The notes below the pieces were generated by a model. That model worked only from the letters and a program-made list of their open reading frames with translations. It ran no database searches and was not told where the DNA came from. Shown here piece by piece: positions 47,320 to 52,742 of a stretch of DNA of 52,742 nucleotides. The DNA is from Octopus bimaculoides. Its lineage: Eukaryota. The stretch covers positions 59,926,807 to 59,979,548 of the forward strand of contig NC_068984.1 of NCBI RefSeq assembly GCF_001194135.2, read 5' to 3'. Within the stretch, counting starts at the first letter, position 1, and every line of letters begins with the position of its first letter. The position numbers and the translations under genes are program-made.

Positions 47320-47845
47320 CACATGGCTGCATGGTTAGGAGTATTTGGCTCATAATCATAAGGTTGTGAGTTATATTCCTTGGGGTGTGTTGTATTCTTG
47401 GGCAAGACACTTTATTTCACGTTACCCTATTCCACTTAGCTGGTGAAAATGAGTTGTACCTACAATTCAAAAGACCAGTCTTGTCACATTCTGTGTCATG
47501 CTGAATCTCCCTGAGAACTATGTTTACCCTTTGGCATTTAAACTGGCTATATCTGGCCAAAATAATCTACCTGTTTTATCTTCAAATCAGCCAGATCCGG
47601 CCTCTCACACTTCCCCTGAAAACAATCACATCATTGAAATATCAAAGCTACAGGGTAATGCATGACTTATTCAAAACAATGAGAATAAAAAAAGATTACA
47701 TTTTACAGAAACCTGAATACTAAAGAGTTAAAGGTATGCATGTCTGTGGAATGCTCAGCCACTTGCACATTAATTTCATGAGCAGGCTGTTCTGTTGATG
47801 AGATCGACTGGGACCCTCATTGTCCTAACCAATAGAGTGCCAGTT
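47320..47845 (+). mobile_element. Mosaic SINE (D/E-type head and CORE-like block, A-type body) carrying a nested TTAA MITE
   Basis: CTTGGGCAAGACACTTTATTTCACG then CTTGTCACATTCTGTGTCATGCTGAATCTCCCTGAGAACTATG | insert | AGGTATGCATGTCTGTGGAATGCTCAGCCACTTGCAC. Confidence 0.85.
47523..47731. mobile_element. TTAA MITE family 1 nested in the SINE
   Basis: TTTACCCTTTGGCATT ... AATACTAAAGAGTTAA at the TTAA of the A-type body. Confidence 0.85.
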
Positions 47846-48214
47846 TAAACATATCAGCTGGTTGTAACCCATGAAAGACTGATACAAACACAATCACACA
47901 CATAAATGCATTCGGAGATATATATTTCAGGCTTCTACACTATTTTCATTTACCAAATTACTTCACAAGGCATCGGTCAACCTGGGACTACAGTAGAAGC
48001 CTAAGATGCCACACACTGGGACTGAACCTGAGACCATATGGTTGTGAAGGGAATGGGTCAATTAAATAAGTACCAGGTATGCACTGGGGGTCGATATAAT
48101 TGACTTAATCCGTTTGTCTGTCCTTGTTTGTCCCCTCTTTGTGTAGCCCCTTGTGGGTAGTAAAGAAATAACACAACCATGCCTGCATCTATATTAGAAA
48201 TTAATATCAGTGTC

Positions 48215-48858
48215 AGATTGGCAGAATCATTAGAATTTCCATCAAAATGCCTTGTGACATTTGTTCTGTCTCTTTTTATTCCAAGTTCAATTTCTGCTGA
48301 GGCCAATTTTGTCTTTCATCCTTGTGAGGTCAATAAAATAAGATAGGAGTCAAGTACTGATGTCAATGAAATTAACTAACTCCCCTGCTTTGTGCCAGAA
48401 TTGTAACTTGTCCTTCGATATTGCCCTCCATGTCTTGGGCCCTTGTGGCTAATAAAAGAAGTCATCATTATTATTATTACTATTAAGGCGGCAACCTGGC
48501 AGATTGTTAGCATGCCAGGCAAAATGCTTAGTGGCATTTCACTCATCTTTACATCCTGAGTTCAAATTCCACCAAGGTGAACTTCCATCCTTTTGGGGGC
48601 GATAAAATAAGTACCAGTGGAATACTGGGGTCGATGTAATCAACTATCCCCTCTCTCAAAGTTTCACCCCTTGTGCCTACAGTAGAAAGGATTATTATTA
48701 TTATTATTATACCAAAGCAGCACATAACCATGTTGAGGTTGACTTTGCTTTTAATCTTTTCAAGGTCACAAAAGTAAATACTCATTGAGCACTGAGGTTG
48801 ATGTGAGTGACTAGCTTTTATCCCCAAAACCTCAGGCCTTGCATTTATATTAGAAAGG

Positions 48859-48914
<56 letters not shown>

Positions 48915-49690
48915 TATTATTATTATTAATCGACTGGCCTCCTTCCCCCAAATTTTGGTCTTTGTGCATTTAGTAGAAAGGATTATTATTATTGTTATTG
49001 TTATTATTATTATTAAGGTGGCAAGTTGGCAGAATCGTTAGCATGCCAGGTGAAATGCTTAACGGTATTTCAGCTGTCTTTATGTTTCAAGTTCAAATTC
49101 CACCTAGGTCAATGTTGCCTTTCATGCTTTTGGGGTTGATAGATTAAGTACCAGTTGAGTACTGAGGTCGATGCTATCGACTTAACCCCCCCGCCCCAAA
49201 AAAAAATTTCAGGTCTTGTGCCTATAGTAGAAAGGATTATTATTATTATTGTTATTGGCTTAGCAGAATTGTTAGAGCATCAGACAAAATGCCTTGCAAT
49301 ATTTGTTCTGACTGTTTCTTAGTTCAAATCCCACTGAGGTCAACTTTGTTTCTTATTGTTTCAGGGTCATTAAAATGGAGTAGCTGTAAAATACTGGAGT
49401 TGATGGTATTGACTAACCCTTTTTCACAAATTTCAGGCTTCGTGCATAAATTGGAATGGTGAATTGATAGATATTTTAGAGCATCAAAAGAAATGCCTTG
49501 TGCCTTAAATTAAAAACAATTCTCATTAAGGGCAGTAGATTAGCAGAATTGTTAGAAGGTCAAGAGAAATGCCTTGCTGTATTTATCCCAAATCTTTTCA
49601 TTGAGATTAAATCCTACTTAAGTTAGCTTTATCTTTTATCCTTTTGGGGTTAATAGTTTTGGCTAACCCTTTCCTCTCAAAATTGCTGAC
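48215..49690 (+). mobile_element. Large head-to-tail array of SINE family C (about six to eight full or partial copies) separated by (ATT)n
   Basis: Repeated GGCAGAAT..TTAG..AAATGC..GTTCAAAT..CTTGTGCCT..TAGAAAGGATTATT units. Confidence 0.88.
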
Positions 49691-49734
49691 CCAGTGCCGA
49701 AGAAACTAATAATAATATATATATTTGGGACAGA

Positions 49735-50322
49735 AGCAGTATTAATAGTGAATGTTACCATGAGGAAATCTCTCAAATTGGCTTTCAGTGCAAATGCGCT
49801 CTTGTTTATATTACTAGCAGTGAGACATATTCCCACCATCTCCAGCACCGAGACCACCAGATCATGTGATTTCAACCTTCCTTGGTCTCCTGAATGATGG
49901 ACGCTCAACTACTAGAGATAGCAGTGACTTATCTCTCCGCCAGAATAGGTACTGGTGTTGTGATTAGCTAGTGAGCTTGTTAAAAAATATATACATATAT
50001 TAGTGACAGAGGCAGTATTAATTCCAAGAGGTAATATTTATCCCTGCTTAAATCTGTTAGAACAAGCTATACTGTGATAGATACCATGAGAGAAGCTCTC
50101 ATATTGGCTTTTGGTGCAAAATGTGCTCTTGTTTATATCACTAGCGGGGAAATAAATCCCCACCATCTCCAGCACCGAGATCACCAGATCATGTAATTTT
50201 GATCTACCTTTGTCTTTTTAATGATGGATAGCTGTGACTCATCTCCCTGCCAGCGATATGTAGAAAAACAGTGTCAAAACAGGTGCTGATGTCATGATTA
50301 GCCAGTGGTCTTGTTAAAAAAT
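49735..50322. repeat. Diverged tandem duplication of a non-microsatellite segment
   Basis: 49735-49988 versus 50011-50322; shared core CCCACCATCTCCAGCACCGAGA(C/T)CACCAGATCATGT. Confidence 0.85.
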
Positions 50323-50689
50323 CCAAGTACTTAGACTCATAGGATGAAAGGCATAGTTGACCTAGGTTCAAATCCCACTGAGGTTATCTTTGCCTTTTAT
50401 TCATTCTGTGTCAGTTAAGTACCAGTCCAGAGCAACAGTAGATTGGTAGAACTGTTAGAGTGTCTGATGTGATGCCTTCTAGTATTTGTTTCTGGCTGTT
50501 TGTATTCTGAATTCAAAATCTGCTTTCTTCCATCAGCCTTCTTGTAATGAGAAATAGGGTCTTTTGGATCCAGTAAATGGTGGTAGGTTTCCAATAATTG
50601 ATGTGGTGGCACAGCAATTGGAGTAACATCTTGGTTGCATTAACAAGAATGGATACAGGTGCTGCACTGAAGTAGAATTAAGAATAGGA

Positions 50690-50898
50690 TCATGGCTGTG
50701 TAGTTAAGAAGCTCCCCAGCATGGCCACAGCTCATGAGCTGAAACTAGATAAAATGAAAATAAAATGAAATGTGCTTTTGGGTTCAGTCCCACTGTGTGA
50801 CACTCTGGACAAGTGTCTTTTACTATTACCTTGGACTGACCAATGTCTTGTGAGTGAATTTGGTAGATGGAAACCGTGGAGATCCATTGCATATGTAT

Positions 50899-50955
<57 letters not shown>

Positions 50956-51165
50956 TTTGTGTTTGTGTTTGTTCTCTCTTACTGCTTGACAACTGGTGTT
51001 GGTTTGTTTATGTCCCCATAAACTAGTGGCTCAACAAAAGAGACTGATAGAGTAAGTACCAGGCTTAAAAGTAAATACTGGAGTTAATCTATTCACCAAA
51101 ACTCTTCAAGACAGTGCCCCAGCATGGCCACAATTCAGTGACTGAAACAGATAAAAGATAAAGGA
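50690..51165 (+). mobile_element. SINE family B
   Basis: Head, CORE-like block, (TG)n and 3' block. Confidence 0.8.
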
Positions 51166-52114
51166 TCATGGAATCATACCTCATTGTGAGAGCAGAGAGA
51201 GGAAATCAATTAGTAGTGTAGAGAAAAAGGCCCATTTCCTAAACATGTAGGGGAAAGGGCCATTCGAAGGCCTTCTGCCCTGAGGTAGAAAAGTGAAACA
51301 GGAAAAGAGGATGGCATTAAGCAGCAGCAGATACTGCAACATCAGAGGCTTCAGAAGTGAATTGTTTCCACGCGACAACTGGTTGCAACTCTGAGGATAA
51401 CCAGAGCAGAAGTAAAGGCCAGTGAAATTGCTTTGTCCTCAGTACCACCAGGTGCTAATAAAATAAGGTACCATGAAACCAAGGGCTTGCCTCCTCTTGC
51501 ATTGGGCCAGCTAAAGACTCCGAGTAGCAGTTCTACTCCATAACCTTGTAGTAATTGAATAAAGAAAGATGAAAGAAAAGGCTAGTTGGGAACAATAAAA
51601 AGTGAAATAAGGGAAAAAGAAAAAGGATTCTAGAAAATCCTCATGCTAGAGCGCCTCTCTATTGCAAAGCCTGCTAATTTACTAGTAGTTGATATAACCT
51701 TGTTAATTGTTAACTTTTTCTTTATATTTAATTCTAATTTATTTTTTGAAGCACAAAGTCTTGTTTTCATATTTTTTAAACATTCATTTCTGTTTTCCCA
51801 TGTTCCGACTCATTTTTGGTTTGGTTACTAATTATATTTCTATAAATATGAAGTAAATGAAATTTAAAAAGTGGAATTGTTTTTTTTTTTTTTCGTTGTT
51901 TCCTCTCTCTCTTTCTCTTTCCCTCAATCTCACATTTTTTTTTGTCTTCCTCTCTTTCTTTCTCAATAAATATTTGCCACATTCTTTAAGTGTACATGTG
52001 TTGAAAAATTAAAATTCCAATACTTCTGTCAATCAGTCGAAGTTTATTTAATTACTTTTTACTTCTCTGCCTCCCACCCATCTCCCCCCCCACCAAACAA
52101 TAACAACAAAATCG

Positions 52115-52145
<31 letters not shown>

Positions 52146-52533
52146 TAAATAATAATGAATCAGTAGCCAGAACCTGATGGGAATGCAGAATGAGCTTGGA
52201 GAATGAGCTGAAGGAGGGTAAGAGGGATGGTTTGCTGATTGAGGGGGAGATGGGAAATGATTACACTAAGCACTGTGGAAACCGTAAACAGCTAAATATG
52301 TACTACTGAGAGGATGAGAGACTTTGTGGTCTAGCTAAAGACAGAGATGCTGACAAGCATATTTTGAGAACCCAATTAGTTGAAGTTATTCTGAGTAACA
52401 GATGGTGGAGTTGTAGGCATCCTGTTTCTAATCAGGTGGTGTTTTCTCATTCCTGCGTGGGTAGGTTGCCCCTATTTGTGGGGTAATTTTCTAGCCTATC
52501 TTAATATATCATATACTATTTTTTCCCTCAGTT

Positions 52534-52742
52534 CATCATCATCATCATCATCATCATCGTTTAACGTCCGCTTTCCATGCTAGCATGGGTTGGACGATTT
52601 GACTGAGGACTGGTGAAACCGGATGGCAACACCAGGCTCCAGTCTGATTTGGCAGAGTTTCTACAGCTGGATGCCCTTCCTAACGCCAACCACTCAGAGA
52701 GTGTAGTGGGTGCTTTTACGTGTCACCCGCACGAAAACGGCC
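52534..52742 (-). mobile_element. Young RTE LINE 3'-UTR copy (runs off window)
   Basis: Near-identical to 19992-20275. Confidence 0.92.

Overview
AT-rich eukaryotic genomic DNA, heavy with microsatellites and N-gaps and dominated by interspersed repeats. The repeat families and (CA)n/(TA)n/(CAT)n load suggest a cephalopod, Octopus-like (inference from recognising the repeats, not from a search). No host protein-coding gene could be established; nearly all listed ORFs are microsatellite translations, span N-gaps or are retroelement fragments. Supported content: (1) many 5'-truncated RTE-clade LINE 3' ends with (GAT)n tails, several almost identical and so probably young; (2) a separate Rex3/Expander-like RTE end with a (GGAT)n tail; (3) at least five tRNA-derived SINE types, some in head-to-tail arrays and some mosaic; (4) two decayed mariner elements; (5) a decayed Penelope-type GIY-YIG endonuclease; (6) three families of TTAA-flanked piggyBac-like MITEs, one with a five-fold tandemly amplified terminus; (7) several foldback elements carrying a GAAAC-palindrome-GTA motif like the 3' half of Penelope-type hammerhead ribozymes; (8) a long degenerate TGTGGTAGAA minisatellite; (9) a CpG-rich promoter-like left edge. 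No wholly new biological system is demonstrable from sequence alone. The best leads are the foldback/half-hammerhead elements, the amplified TTAA terminus, SINE domain shuffling and a duplicated unique segment at 49.7-50.3 kb. Coordinates were read by eye and family labels A-H are my own working names.
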